64,000 bases of DNA from the IMG/VR virus record IMGVR_UViG_3300031564_000194, positions 3,114 to 67,113 of that record. One strand, written 5' to 3'. Positions 1-10,169 of this stretch are shown one piece after another. This DNA comes from a virus (lineage: Duplodnaviria > Caudoviricetes). Within the stretch, counting starts at the first letter, position 1. Every line of letters starts with the position of its first letter. Both the position numbers and the translations under genes were made by a program. The notes under the pieces were generated by a model. It was not told the DNA's origin, did not search any database, and saw only the letters and a list, made by a program, of their open reading frames with translations.

Positions 1-1
1 C

Positions 2-3000
2 GACAACCTCGTTGGCCCGAGCGTTGTTCCCTGTGCGCTTGGCATGCAGGTACGAAGCGGCAAGCTCCAAGTCACCCTTCTCGTAACCGTCGAACACAGA
101 AGCTAGTTTGTTGCTCCACTGCTTGAGTTGGTGATCCTTCGCTTCGAGGTTGGATTGTTCACCACCCTCGCCTACGTTCTTCTTGAACATCTCACGAACG
201 GCCTGTAGGTGAGGGTTGTTCGTGCGTTCGAGGTTCGATGCAGCAGTCAGGAAGGTACGAGCGTAGACCTTGGTCACAGGCTTGATGAAGTTCTGCGCAC
301 CCTTGATCATGTTCTCACGGGCTTCAATGTTGTTAGCCAACACATGGGCTGCAGCATCTGCCGTTTGCATACGACCCTGATCGAACGCATTCATGATGGC
401 TTCGGCCTTCTGCTCATCAGTGAGCATGCCCACCACCTTGCGGAAGAAGTTGCTCACCTTCTGGAATGTGGTCTGGGTCTCCGGGCCGATCTTCAAGATG
501 CCAGCCTGATGGAACTGGAACATGTAGGCGATGCGCTCAGCAGGGTCAGACAATTGCTTCAAGGCTTCTGGGTGATCATCCAGCAGCCGCTTCAGTTGAT
601 TGACCACGGGTTCGGAGTTCGCAGCACGAGACAGGATGTCCACCACTCGGTTTTGACCACCTTTGATCAGCCGGTCAAAGAACTCGTGCATGGACTCGTG
701 GGCACCGATCTGGCCGATGTTCTGAGCATGGATGGAGGCACGAATCGCTCCAGGCTCCCAGTCACCGGACAGCTTGATCTCATCCCCTTTGGCATTCTTG
801 CCCAACAACTCATCGTGCAGAGCAGCCTTCATGTCGGCACCCAGGCGACGAGCGATGTCCTCCTTGAACTTGGCTTGCTCTTCAGGTGTGGCAGTCTTGC
901 TATCGGTCTTCTGGGTATTGGAGCGCTTCAACAAAGCACCAACCGTGTTGTTCTCGACATTGGCTCCGTAGGCTTCGGCCACTTCCTGGGCCTTGCCAAA
1001 GTCCTTGAACGCAGCGATAACCTTGCCACCCTCAGTCTCTGAATCAGCCTTCACAGCAGCCCACACGACATCCTTGGGGTCTGCCTTGTTGAGGTCGATA
1101 TTGTTGCGGGAGTTGATCAGTTGATCAGCCCGAGCGGTGTCCTTCTTACCACCCTTCGGCGGTTCAGGATCAGTACCGTTTTCGATAGCCTTGATAGCTA
1201 GGCGTGCGCGGTTGCCGAATGCTTCAATATCCTTCGGAGGCTTACCGTTCCACACAGGGTTGTCAGGGGTCTTGGCCTCCAGCATCGTCTTCAACACTTC
1301 GTACATCTTGGCCTTCTGCTCGAAGGTGGCTTTCTTCAGCATGGCGTTGAAGGTGGGCATCCCTTTGCGCAGCGTATCGAGTACGAAGTCCTGAATCTGA
1401 GGGTCGGGCTTCTCAGGTGACTGAGTAGGCTTTGTCTTCGGATGCAGTTCTTCACCCGTACCCTCGTCGTGGGTGCGGACAGGTTCTTTCTTACCTTCGA
1501 TCTGAGTTGTGTCGGAAACACCAGGGCGAGCGTTGACCTGTGCACGGTTCTTCTCGATGTCGCGCTGATTGAGAGGGACATCGTGTTGAGTGGCAAACTT
1601 GGTTCGCTTGCTGTCGATAGCTCTTGACACTTCACTGGACTCAACTGAGTTCAGCGCATTCACCCGATCCACCATGTGGGCAAACGCTTTGCTGTCAGGG
1701 CCGTATTCCAGAGCGGACTTGAGCCACCCTTCTTCGTCTTCCAACTGCTTCTTGCGCCAATCAGGTTGCTCACCCTTCAGCTGATCCTCAACACGCTTCA
1801 AGGCGCTCTTGAGCAAGGCTGTGTCAGCGCGGTCACGCTCTTCCTTGGCAACACGCTTGGCATCACCCAAGGTCTTACCCTCAGAGCTATACATGCGGAG
1901 CTTTTCAGGAATCTTGAAGTCGGCCATGTAGCTCTTGCCATTCTTCGCCACAGCACGGCTGGGTTCAGCCCAACGCACTTGCCCACCCGGCTTGTTCATG
2001 AAGCCGACTCGACCACTGAGCGCGTAGTTACCTTGTGCGTCCTTGCTGTTCAACAAGCTGCTGATACCTTGCATCAACAACTTGCTCTGGCCTGCTAGGG
2101 CGTGCTCACCGTTACCACCTTGGCCTTCGACCTTACCGGCATCGACCATACGTTTGATGATGCGGGATGTAGAGGTGGCGAACTTGGTGCCATCAGCACG
2201 TTCAAGCCACACCTTACCGCTGCCGATGTCACCAGACTCGTTGTTACGCCCGGTAGACTCAGCCCACTTGTTGTCCTTAGACCGATGATCCACTGCACGG
2301 AACTCATCAGCCTTAATGTCCATTGGTTCGTGGCTGTCAGAAGCCTTCTCCTCACGCAGCACGTAGAACTTCTTGTTCAGGTGCTTCTCAGGATTCAGAC
2401 GCTCATTCTCTGACAGATCACCAGCATGCTTCTGCACGAAGTCGATAGAGCGTTGTACAAGCTCATCAGGGTTCTCACCGTAGCGCTCACGCAGGTAATC
2501 CATGTAACCCTGGCGGCGAACATTGGAACCGAACTTGGTTTCGATGTCACCGGCTTTGTTCTTGGCATGGGTGGTGTGATCACCGAGGGTATTGCCTTCC
2601 TTATCTGCAACAACACCAGCCTCACTGTAAGGCTCGGAACGCTTGTCGTTGTAGTGGTGCCAACGCACATCACTACGAACTTCGTTGGGGTTCATGCTGT
2701 TGGTGACAGCAGCAAGATCGTCATGGCTACCAACGTCGTCATGCTCATCACTCAGCCGTGGGCCGCTAGTCTCACCAGTGTCGTCAGCCAGGACGGACTT
2801 TGACTTTTCACGGTTGCGATCCATCGCCTCAAGAACACGCTCCTTGTTAGCACCGAACAACTGGTCAAGATTCTGTTCGTGAGGTTTGATCTCACCGCTA
2901 TCAACAGCGTTGCGCACATAGCTAACGATGCGATCCAAATCACCACGGTTTGTCACCTTGAGGTTGTCAGCTACGATTTGCTTGTCGGACTTGTGGGCCT

Positions 3001-4714
3001 CACGCCGAATCTGAAGCTCGTCGATCACCTTCTGCAGTGCGTCGGGCTGATCAACAAGACCTTGGCGGCGCATCATATCGTAGGTGGACTTCACGGCTTC
3101 CACAGGGTTCACGAACATGCGGTTGAGGGCTTCTGGCACCAAGGGTTCTTTCCCAGGCTTCCAGCCCTCCATCCACCGACGCATGGCGTAGGCGACCTGA
3201 TCGGAGTCCTCCTTGTCCACATTGCGAATGTGATCACGCTCCAACATCATGCCCAGCATGTCGTTGAAGCGGTTGCCCTCCTCACCTTCCGGGGTCTGCG
3301 CATTCTGGCGGCGTTCCACCTGATAAACATCACGCACGTTGTCCATGAAGTTGCGAGCACCGGCAGCAGCCTTACCCACCTTGACACCGGACTGCTGGAT
3401 GAAGTCACTCAGGTCGTGATCCATCAACTGCTTGCGGTGCCACTTGGCAGCAGCGTTCGACAACCCAGTCCAGGCGTCAGCGGTCTTGTTACCTTGCAGG
3501 TAGTTCTGGGCCTCCTGCTTCAAGTAGTCAGGTGCACTTTCATCAGCCAGCAGCTTCGTTGCGTAGCGCCCTGCTGCTTCGTTCTTCACCACGTCGTCTT
3601 GCTTGATAGCGTCAGGATGTGGCTCTTGTGGACGAAGCAGAGTGTCGAGGTCTTCATCCTTACCGTGGAGGACGGCGCGGGTGATGGCGTCTTCACCGCG
3701 ATTCATGATTTCGGCCCCTGCCTTACCCAGAGCGATGGCGGCTTCATCGGCACTCTTCGGCATGTTGTCCATGGCGGACTTCACCTTCGGTGCAGCCAAG
3801 TCGATGGCTTTGTCACCGGCTTTCAGTGCAATGTCTTTGGTTGAGCCACCAACGTCCTTGCCGATACGAACACCTTGTGCAGCAACAGCATGAGGTACTG
3901 CAAACGGAGCCATACCGGCAGCACCACCCACCGCAGCATCAACCAGTGCCATGTTGTCATGGCTAGTGTCACGGTTCGGATTGAGATCGTTCTGCACCAC
4001 TTGACCAAGACCTTCAACACCAGCCATTGCAGCGCCCTGCCCTGCGGTGTATCGCCCCATGTCCAGGGCGGCACGACCAAGACCAGCCTTGTTGGCACCA
4101 GCTACAGCCTCACCCATCATCATGTTGGGTACGGTGTGGAAGATGGCGGCGTCCGCAGCACCTTCCAGATTCATGATGCGCAGTTTGTCCGCACGGCTGA
4201 GCTTTGCGGTTGTCGGATCAGCGTCCAGACGTTGAGCGACGGAGCCTGCCATCACAGGGTGGTTGGCACCCACACCAGCTGCGAAAGCGGCTTCAGGTGA
4301 CATGCGAAGCAGCCTAGATGCCAAACCGCTACCGACTGAAGGAACCATGTACGGTAGCCCTTGCCCCACCTTGCCGGTCAGATAACCTAGTGCGGAGTCC
4401 ACGCCGTCCACTTGATCAACACTCTGCACAACAGGTGCTTCCAAAGCGGAGAGTTGAGCCTGACGATCAGCGTACTCACGCATGGCCTGAGAGTCAGCCA
4501 TCTCACCGAAGTACTTGGCGACAGCACCTTTGAGGCCACGGGCACCGGACTTGAGACCACGAACGATAGCTGGGTCGGTGGCAGCTGCTCGCTCCACCAT
4601 TGCAGCTTCAGCGTCAGGGGTGAGTTGTGTTGGGAGAGCGTTGGTTGTCAGCGGGTTTTGAGCCTGCCCGACAGGCATCATCAACGGATTTGCTGCGCTG
4701 GCGAGGGTAGCCAT
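2..4714 (-). CDS. very large internal virion / DNA-ejection protein, partial (>1571 aa, runs off left edge)
   Basis: ATG at 4714 with SD GAGGA (MATLASAANPLMMPVGQ...). The same frame is still open at the window edge (...AASYLHAKRTGNNARANEVV). The ORF track lists no stop-terminated ORF from this start. Ala/Gly/Asp-rich, at the end of the structural operon. Confidence 0.75.
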   Translation of the reverse strand, partial: MATLASAANPLMMPVGQAQNPLTTNALPTQLTPDAEAAMVERAAATDPAIVRGLKSGARGLKGAVAKYFGEMADSQAMREYADRQAQLSALEAPVVQSVDQVDGVDSALGYLTGKVGQGLPYMVPSVGSGLASRLLRMSPEAAFAAGVGANHPVMAGSVAQRLDADPTTAKLSRADKLRIMNLEGAADAAIFHTVPNMMMGEAVAGANKAGLGRAALDMGRYTAGQGAAMAGVEGLGQVVQNDLNPNRDTSHDNMALVDAAVGGAAGMAPFAVPHAVAAQGVRIGKDVGGSTKDIALKAGDKAIDLAAPKVKSAMDNMPKSADEAAIALGKAGAEIMNRGEDAITRAVLHGKDEDLDTLLRPQEPHPDAIKQDDVVKNEAAGRYATKLLADESAPDYLKQEAQNYLQGNKTADAWTGLSNAAAKWHRKQLMDHDLSDFIQQSGVKVGKAAAGARNFMDNVRDVYQVERRQNAQTPEGEEGNRFNDMLGMMLERDHIRNVDKEDSDQVAYAMRRWMEGWKPGKEPLVPEALNRMFVNPVEAVKSTYDMMRRQGLVDQPDALQKVIDELQIRREAHKSDKQIVADNLKVTNRGDLDRIVSYVRNAVDSGEIKPHEQNLDQLFGANKERVLEAMDRNREKSKSVLADDTGETSGPRLSDEHDDVGSHDDLAAVTNSMNPNEVRSDVRWHHYNDKRSEPYSEAGVVADKEGNTLGDHTTHAKNKAGDIETKFGSNVRRQGYMDYLRERYGENPDELVQRSIDFVQKHAGDLSENERLNPEKHLNKKFYVLREEKASDSHEPMDIKADEFRAVDHRSKDNKWAESTGRNNESGDIGSGKVWLERADGTKFATSTSRIIKRMVDAGKVEGQGGNGEHALAGQSKLLMQGISSLLNSKDAQGNYALSGRVGFMNKPGGQVRWAEPSRAVAKNGKSYMADFKIPEKLRMYSSEGKTLGDAKRVAKEERDRADTALLKSALKRVEDQLKGEQPDWRKKQLEDEEGWLKSALEYGPDSKAFAHMVDRVNALNSVESSEVSRAIDSKRTKFATQHDVPLNQRDIEKNRAQVNARPGVSDTTQIEGKKEPVRTHDEGTGEELHPKTKPTQSPEKPDPQIQDFVLDTLRKGMPTFNAMLKKATFEQKAKMYEVLKTMLEAKTPDNPVWNGKPPKDIEAFGNRARLAIKAIENGTDPEPPKGGKKDTARADQLINSRNNIDLNKADPKDVVWAAVKADSETEGGKVIAAFKDFGKAQEVAEAYGANVENNTVGALLKRSNTQKTDSKTATPEEQAKFKEDIARRLGADMKAALHDELLGKNAKGDEIKLSGDWEPGAIRASIHAQNIGQIGAHESMHEFFDRLIKGGQNRVVDILSRAANSEPVVNQLKRLLDDHPEALKQLSDPAERIAYMFQFHQAGILKIGPETQTTFQKVSNFFRKVVGMLTDEQKAEAIMNAFDQGRMQTADAAAHVLANNIEARENMIKGAQNFIKPVTKVYARTFLTAASNLERTNNPHLQAVREMFKKNVGEGGEQSNLEAKDHQLKQWSNKLASVFDGYEKGDLELAASYLHAKRTGNNARANEVV

Positions 4715-4723
4715 AGTTGTTCC

Positions 4724-6259
4724 TCAGTTGGAGATTGTGGTTCCGCCAAACTTACGGCTCATAGCTGAGATTTGATCGGAGACATCTTTGTTACGCGCAC
4801 CGAATAGTCCGTTCGGGTTAGCCAGGGTGTAGCCGGTGGTGGTGTTACCCATGTTGTTGCGCACACGGGCCACGAGACCTTTGTTGTCCACAGAGTGCAA
4901 AGCGTAGTCGCTAGGACGATCACTGTAGAAAGGGGTTTCGCCATTGACCACGTTCCAGAGCTTGCCACCGAAGCTGTTATTGGCAGCATCGTAGGGTTGC
5001 TTCAGACCGCTATACAGGCTATGGAACTGAGCCATGGCTTGAGGTGTGAGATGGTTAACACTCATCCCACGAGCCTGGAGTTCTGCGTTCAACGCGGCCA
5101 TGGCTTTCTGATACCCCTCGCCTTCTACCAGCTTGCCATCCTTATCCGTGTCCTTGTAGCGATCCATGGACTTGGTGTTTTGTTCACCCTGCTTCTGCAT
5201 CATGTCCCACTGAAGCTGACGGGAGTGAGAGCCAGCAGCGATGTTGGCCTTGGTCAGATCGACTTCCAGAGGATCGTAGTGTTGAGCTTCTGCGAAGTTG
5301 CGACGGTATTCACCCTTGGCCTGGGCCAACGCCGCGCGTTCAGGTGTGATCGACGCAAGATTCTTGAAACGCGAGAATCCTGTGATGTCGTTGGGATCAC
5401 CCTCGATAACGGACTTCGTGAAAGAGGGATCACTCAGTCTCTGACGGAGTGTGTTAGAGGCTCGGGTAATAGCTTGACGGCTCTGATCCAGACCGGGTAC
5501 TTGATCCTGAGTCGGAACAGCTGCGGTTGTTTGCGGTTGAGGCACCATGTCCTGACCGCGACCCCATGCTGTATTCGGGTCAGTGCCAGCAACAGGGTCT
5601 GACGCAGCTGTCTTGCGATTGTCGAACTTACCGGAGTCAATTTCCTTCTGGAATTCAGGTGTGACCAGCGAGTTCTTGGCAGCGTCACCGAAGATACGAT
5701 CATGACCGTACTTGATGGCGTGACCGATCATGTCGTCGATACCATTACCACCAGTCATCAATTTGCTCGTGGCATTTGCTGCACCGATAGCTCGTGCTGG
5801 AGGAAGAACTTCAAAGGTCTGCAAACCTTTGGCAGCAGCCTTGAGGTAGTTGCCGTTAGCAAACTCGTGAGCAGCATCAAGCGCGTTGTCGGCAGCGTCA
5901 CCGAAAGCAAGGAAGTTGTTGGCACCAGACTTCAAACGAGACAACTTACCTTGCGTGCTGGTGGGTTGACCACCCATGGCACCTTGACCGGGTGTGCCAC
6001 GCACAGGGTCTGTCGGTTGAACAGGTTCAGTCCAAGGCTGGGGTTTCCAAGGTTCAGGGCCAGCGTTGGCACCAGTGGTGGCACGAACGTTAGGGTTCTT
6101 TGCCCAACCTGTACCCTTGGGCTGCTGACCATTCAAATCTTGGTAGACCGGATTGGCAGACCGTGTATTGTCCAAACCTGCGTACCCAGAAGGGGTCTGG
6201 GTAGCAAAACGCTGGCGAAGACCACCTAGTGCGCTTTGGGCCGTATCGAGGATGCTCAT
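4724..6259 (-). CDS. putative internal virion (ejection) protein, 511 aa
   Basis: ORF track; low-complexity Ala/Gly/Gln-rich; sits between structural genes and the giant virion protein. Confidence 0.55.
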   Translation of the reverse strand: MSILDTAQSALGGLRQRFATQTPSGYAGLDNTRSANPVYQDLNGQQPKGTGWAKNPNVRATTGANAGPEPWKPQPWTEPVQPTDPVRGTPGQGAMGGQPTSTQGKLSRLKSGANNFLAFGDAADNALDAAHEFANGNYLKAAAKGLQTFEVLPPARAIGAANATSKLMTGGNGIDDMIGHAIKYGHDRIFGDAAKNSLVTPEFQKEIDSGKFDNRKTAASDPVAGTDPNTAWGRGQDMVPQPQTTAAVPTQDQVPGLDQSRQAITRASNTLRQRLSDPSFTKSVIEGDPNDITGFSRFKNLASITPERAALAQAKGEYRRNFAEAQHYDPLEVDLTKANIAAGSHSRQLQWDMMQKQGEQNTKSMDRYKDTDKDGKLVEGEGYQKAMAALNAELQARGMSVNHLTPQAMAQFHSLYSGLKQPYDAANNSFGGKLWNVVNGETPFYSDRPSDYALHSVDNKGLVARVRNNMGNTTTGYTLANPNGLFGARNKDVSDQISAMSRKFGGTTISN

Positions 6260-6717
6260 TTCTCTACTCCTGTTAATTCCGTACCAGCGCGATTGATCAC
6301 ACTGAGTGAGTTAATCTTTTTCCGCTCAGAGTAAATCTGATAACCGGAATACACGAAGACACCGATAACGAGGGCTGCAGAAATCAAAGTTACCAGTGTG
6401 TCCTTAAATGCAACGTAGATAATCCCAGCGATCACCCAACCAAGCACAGGGGAAAGCATCAACCACAAACTTCTCCCGAACGACATACCGCCACAGAGCA
6501 TCAAGCGAATTTTCAGGAAGAAGTTTGTGGTCACGGTCATGACCCCCACACTCACAGCTGCTGCCAGGATGTAGAGGACAACTAAATCGACCGCAGAGGC
6601 AACTGGGAACAGATTGAAAATAATCACGCAGGTTGCGAAGATCACACCCGGCAGAGCAAAGACGATCAACAACCAATCGGGGAAGATAATCTTGCTATTG
6701 ACAAGTTCGTTCTTCAT
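6256..6717 (-). CDS. four-transmembrane membrane protein, 153 aa
   Basis: Start reassigned to ATG 6717 (MKNELV), SD AGGAG; four hydrophobic stretches. Confidence 0.7.
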   Translation of the reverse strand: MKNELVNSKIIFPDWLLIVFALPGVIFATCVIIFNLFPVASAVDLVVLYILAAAVSVGVMTVTTNFFLKIRLMLCGGMSFGRSLWLMLSPVLGWVIAGIIYVAFKDTLVTLISAALVIGVFVYSGYQIYSERKKINSLSVINRAGTELTGVEK

Positions 6718-6751
6718 GGCCGTGACTCCTGATATGTAGACCAGGGTCATT

Positions 6752-8572
6752 TTACGTGTTCTGAAGCTCGACTGCCACCGCAGACAGTTGCTCAGACGCA
6801 GCCTTGATTTGGCTAGAGTAGGTGTCAAACATACCCTTGGCTGTATCCGCAGCAAGCCGGTCATGAGCGATGAGTGTCTGCGCTGTATTGGTGATGTGGG
6901 ACGAACTCACCTGGGCGGCTTGGACAGCCACCTGGGCGTTCATACCTTGAGCCTGGACACCCATCCCTTGGGCCTTCTCAATGGCATCCACGATCACTTC
7001 AAACTTGCGCAAGTCAGCCTGATACTTACCCAGCTGAGCCTGGATGGTGATGTTCGCCTTGCTCAGCGCCTCACCGTAGCCCTGCAACTCAGCCTTGTAT
7101 TTTTCGATCTCCAAACCCTGCATGGAAATCTTGGCATCCAGCTGTGTCTTGAGCGCCTGGGACTCCGTAGCGTAAGCAGACACCTGGGCACCGTAGGCAT
7201 CAACATTAGCTTTGAACACATCGACCTTGGCCATCTCACCTTTGATCTGAGCTTCATACATCTGGAACTCAGCTGTGCGTGCACCTACCTGGGCAGTGTA
7301 GGCGTCCACAGTGGTACGGAAGGCGTCGATCTTCAACTTCTCCACCTGGGCTTGAATGTTCGCCGCTTCCATCTGGGTACGATAGATATTGACGTAAGCC
7401 TGAACACCTTCAAGCTGAGAGCGATACACGTCAGCGTAGAGCTTCTGAGCCTCCACAGACAACTTCGCACCTTCCACCTCCACCTTGAAGGCTTCGAGAC
7501 CGGCCAGTGCCGCCTTCAACTGGGTGTCGTAGACACTGGCTGCAACCTGGGCAGCTTGATTACGAGCATTGAACCGTTGGACGTAGGTGTTGAAGATTTG
7601 AATGCCGTAGTCGGCAATGTACTTCGCCACATTCAGCGCACGCTCCATGCGATAACCGTAATAGGTGATCAGCATTTGCTCAATCTGTTGAACTTGCTGG
7701 ATAGTGAACTTGCGGTTCTCAACATAGAGATCAGCACGCTTCAGAGCGATGTCACGATTCACGCTGCTGATCTTAGCCAGCGCAGATTGCTGAGCACTCT
7801 CGATAATGCCGTTGAGAGCACCAGGGGGAATAGCAAAACCACGGGCAGCGGCCTGACGAGTTGCGTCCTGAATCAAAGTCTCAGCAGCCAGAGATTCACG
7901 CTCACGCTCACGCTCCCACAGGGCCTGCTCGTCAGCAACTTCGATCCCGTATCCACCATTGAGCAAGTCGTTCATCAACTTGACCTTCAGATCATCAAGC
8001 AGTGCGTCTTGATAATCCTGCTCAGCGAAGCTGAAATTCTCAGTCGGGATGAGGATGTCGTCGTCTGGGAACTTCGGGGTGAAGGTTGGAATGCTGTAGC
8101 TCGGCGGTGTCGGGATAGCGAGATTCTGGAACACCGGAGGGGCTGGCATCGTTACCGTTGGTGCATCAGGTAGCGCCGGGGAATCGAATGTTGGCGCTGC
8201 CCCAGGTGTTGTGGGCATGCTGCTGCTGGGTGCAGATGGGATATTGACCACAGGTGCCACCATCGACAACACAGGTACGTTGCCGAAGTTCGGAACAGCA
8301 ATGGCACTCAGATCAGGCGAAGTTGGTGCCGGGACGTTGATACTGGTATCAACCCCGGTTGTCGGCATATTGGCCTGCATGGCGGCTGAGACAGCGTTCG
8401 ATGCTGCTGCTGGATCGACCCAAGGGGTGTTGACCCAGAAGTCGGCCATGGACACTTCTTTGGTGGCAATATCCAACACTCGCTGAGCGAAAGCCGCAGC
8501 TGCATCCCCGCTAGACTGAATTCGTGAGTTCGCATCATCACGAACGGTGCTGGCTGTAATGGAATTCGACAT
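6752..8572 (-). CDS. virion structural protein (Pro-rich N-terminal part, coiled-coil C-terminal part), 606 aa
   Basis: ORF track; structural operon context. Confidence 0.6.
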   Translation of the reverse strand: MSNSITASTVRDDANSRIQSSGDAAAAFAQRVLDIATKEVSMADFWVNTPWVDPAAASNAVSAAMQANMPTTGVDTSINVPAPTSPDLSAIAVPNFGNVPVLSMVAPVVNIPSAPSSSMPTTPGAAPTFDSPALPDAPTVTMPAPPVFQNLAIPTPPSYSIPTFTPKFPDDDILIPTENFSFAEQDYQDALLDDLKVKLMNDLLNGGYGIEVADEQALWERERERESLAAETLIQDATRQAAARGFAIPPGALNGIIESAQQSALAKISSVNRDIALKRADLYVENRKFTIQQVQQIEQMLITYYGYRMERALNVAKYIADYGIQIFNTYVQRFNARNQAAQVAASVYDTQLKAALAGLEAFKVEVEGAKLSVEAQKLYADVYRSQLEGVQAYVNIYRTQMEAANIQAQVEKLKIDAFRTTVDAYTAQVGARTAEFQMYEAQIKGEMAKVDVFKANVDAYGAQVSAYATESQALKTQLDAKISMQGLEIEKYKAELQGYGEALSKANITIQAQLGKYQADLRKFEVIVDAIEKAQGMGVQAQGMNAQVAVQAAQVSSSHITNTAQTLIAHDRLAADTAKGMFDTYSSQIKAASEQLSAVAVELQNT

Positions 8573-9030
8573 TAGATTCTCCTGCTTGTAACGACAACTG
8601 CGATGTTCATAGAGTCGAAGTCGAAGTCCTCCGACATTTCAAACTGGAACTGCCAGTACTTACCTCTTGCCCCTTTACCGATCAATGCTCGCCCCTGACG
8701 AATCAGTTCGATGTCACTGTTAGTCAGTACGTACTCATAGGGTTCAAGCTCGTCAGTGAATACACGCAGGGTCAAATCACCCTTGCTGCGCATCGACAGG
8801 TAGAAGTCGCTCACACGCTTCAAGAACTCGGAGCCAAAATGCAATTCAGCCGTTGTGATCCGGCTGGTAATTTGCTCTACGCTACTCTCGTCATCAATCT
8901 GACTGATCCCGTCAGGCCCAGCCCCAAGGTACTTACCTGCGAACTCGGCAAAGGAATTGAAGTAGAAGTTTTCAAACGTGGTCACAGCGTTGGTTACTGT
9001 GTCCACCACATGGGTCATTACCTGAGACAT
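8572..9030 (-). CDS. putative virion structural protein, 152 aa
   Basis: ORF track; translationally coupled to neighbours. Confidence 0.55.
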   Translation of the reverse strand: MSQVMTHVVDTVTNAVTTFENFYFNSFAEFAGKYLGAGPDGISQIDDESSVEQITSRITTAELHFGSEFLKRVSDFYLSMRSKGDLTLRVFTDELEPYEYVLTNSDIELIRQGRALIGKGARGKYWQFQFEMSEDFDFDSMNIAVVVTSRRI

Positions 9031-10160
9031 TTCACCACCCCTTTGAGTCGTGGTAGACGAGCCGATGCTGTTGCTTGACCAATGGAGTAGGCTTCAAGAT
9101 GATCGGCCATTCTTGGCAGCTTGCCGTTAACCACACACACAGTTCCAAGCACCCCGCGCATACTGCTGCGAACTTTGGGAAGGGTTTCAGCAATGGTTGT
9201 ATTAGAGCCAAGCAAACAAGCGAGATTCGCCAACGGCTTCTTGAGCGTGCCTTTGACCGAAACCAACTTGGTGCCTTGACCTGAAATCTGAGATACCAGG
9301 GCAGGTAGTCGTGCGGTGATGGTGGATACCAGGGTAGTGTTGGATGTGATAGCACCACGTAGTGTCGGCAGCTTGCCACTCAACCCAAAGTAACCACCTG
9401 TGATGCTGGATTTCAACGACGGCACGGAGCCGTGGATTGAACAAGCTGTACCTGAAGTCACTGATAGAGCGGGTGTCATCTTCGGCAACTTGCTCGCCAA
9501 AGTGATCGCTGTCAGCGCATATAAGGAGGAGGTTCCACCCAGCTTTGTAAGGTCTGCCTTGATTGACAGTGTGTACGAACCATCAGAGATAGAGCCGCGC
9601 AGTTTAGGGAGGGTAGCTGCAATGCTCCCTACACCTTGACCTCGGCTGAAGGCAACCGTAGCAGCGCCGCTGACTGCGGCACCCCCAGACATAGGACGAC
9701 GTACCCAGTTGTAGCTTGCTGCTGCGGCACCGCTGACCTTCACACCACCTGAAGGCCAAATCTCGAACCGTTGGGTCAACTTAGCAACGACACCGGCACT
9801 GCCGCTTACTGCTACACCACCAGACGGAGTGATGTTGTAGACAACAGGGTCGTTTACAGAACTGCCGTTCAAGTAGAAGCTGCGTTGGGCATATCCAGCC
9901 ACAACAACACCACCACTTGGGGTGTGAGTCATGGTCGTTGGGCCTGCGTTCGTCAGGATGAAATTCGAGAACTGCAGAAACCCGTCTGTGTACCCTGTCT
10001 GGTAGGAAGGGAACCTAACCCCTCCGATTGCAAAAGAACCAGCTTGGAACGAGGGGAGATCAATGGCACCAACGGTCAGTGCCCCGAACTGATAACCACC
10101 GACCCACAGAGCACCGGGGTGCTCTGCGTTCAGTTGGAATTGCGAGAACACGAGAGACAT
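9018..10160 (-). CDS. repeat-containing fibre/structural protein, 380 aa
   Basis: Three PSGGVxVxG-type repeats followed by about ten LPxL/MxxxI-type repeats. Confidence 0.6.
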   Translation of the reverse strand: MSLVFSQFQLNAEHPGALWVGGYQFGALTVGAIDLPSFQAGSFAIGGVRFPSYQTGYTDGFLQFSNFILTNAGPTTMTHTPSGGVVVAGYAQRSFYLNGSSVNDPVVYNITPSGGVAVSGSAGVVAKLTQRFEIWPSGGVKVSGAAAASYNWVRRPMSGGAAVSGAATVAFSRGQGVGSIAATLPKLRGSISDGSYTLSIKADLTKLGGTSSLYALTAITLASKLPKMTPALSVTSGTACSIHGSVPSLKSSITGGYFGLSGKLPTLRGAITSNTTLVSTITARLPALVSQISGQGTKLVSVKGTLKKPLANLACLLGSNTTIAETLPKVRSSMRGVLGTVCVVNGKLPRMADHLEAYSIGQATASARLPRLKGVVKCLR

Positions 10161-10169
10161 CGCTACCCC

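Noticed and set aside
209-5602. Many plus-strand ORFs (e.g. 209-1042, 2879-3844, 4895-5602)
   Set aside because: Antisense shadows of the giant minus-strand virion genes.
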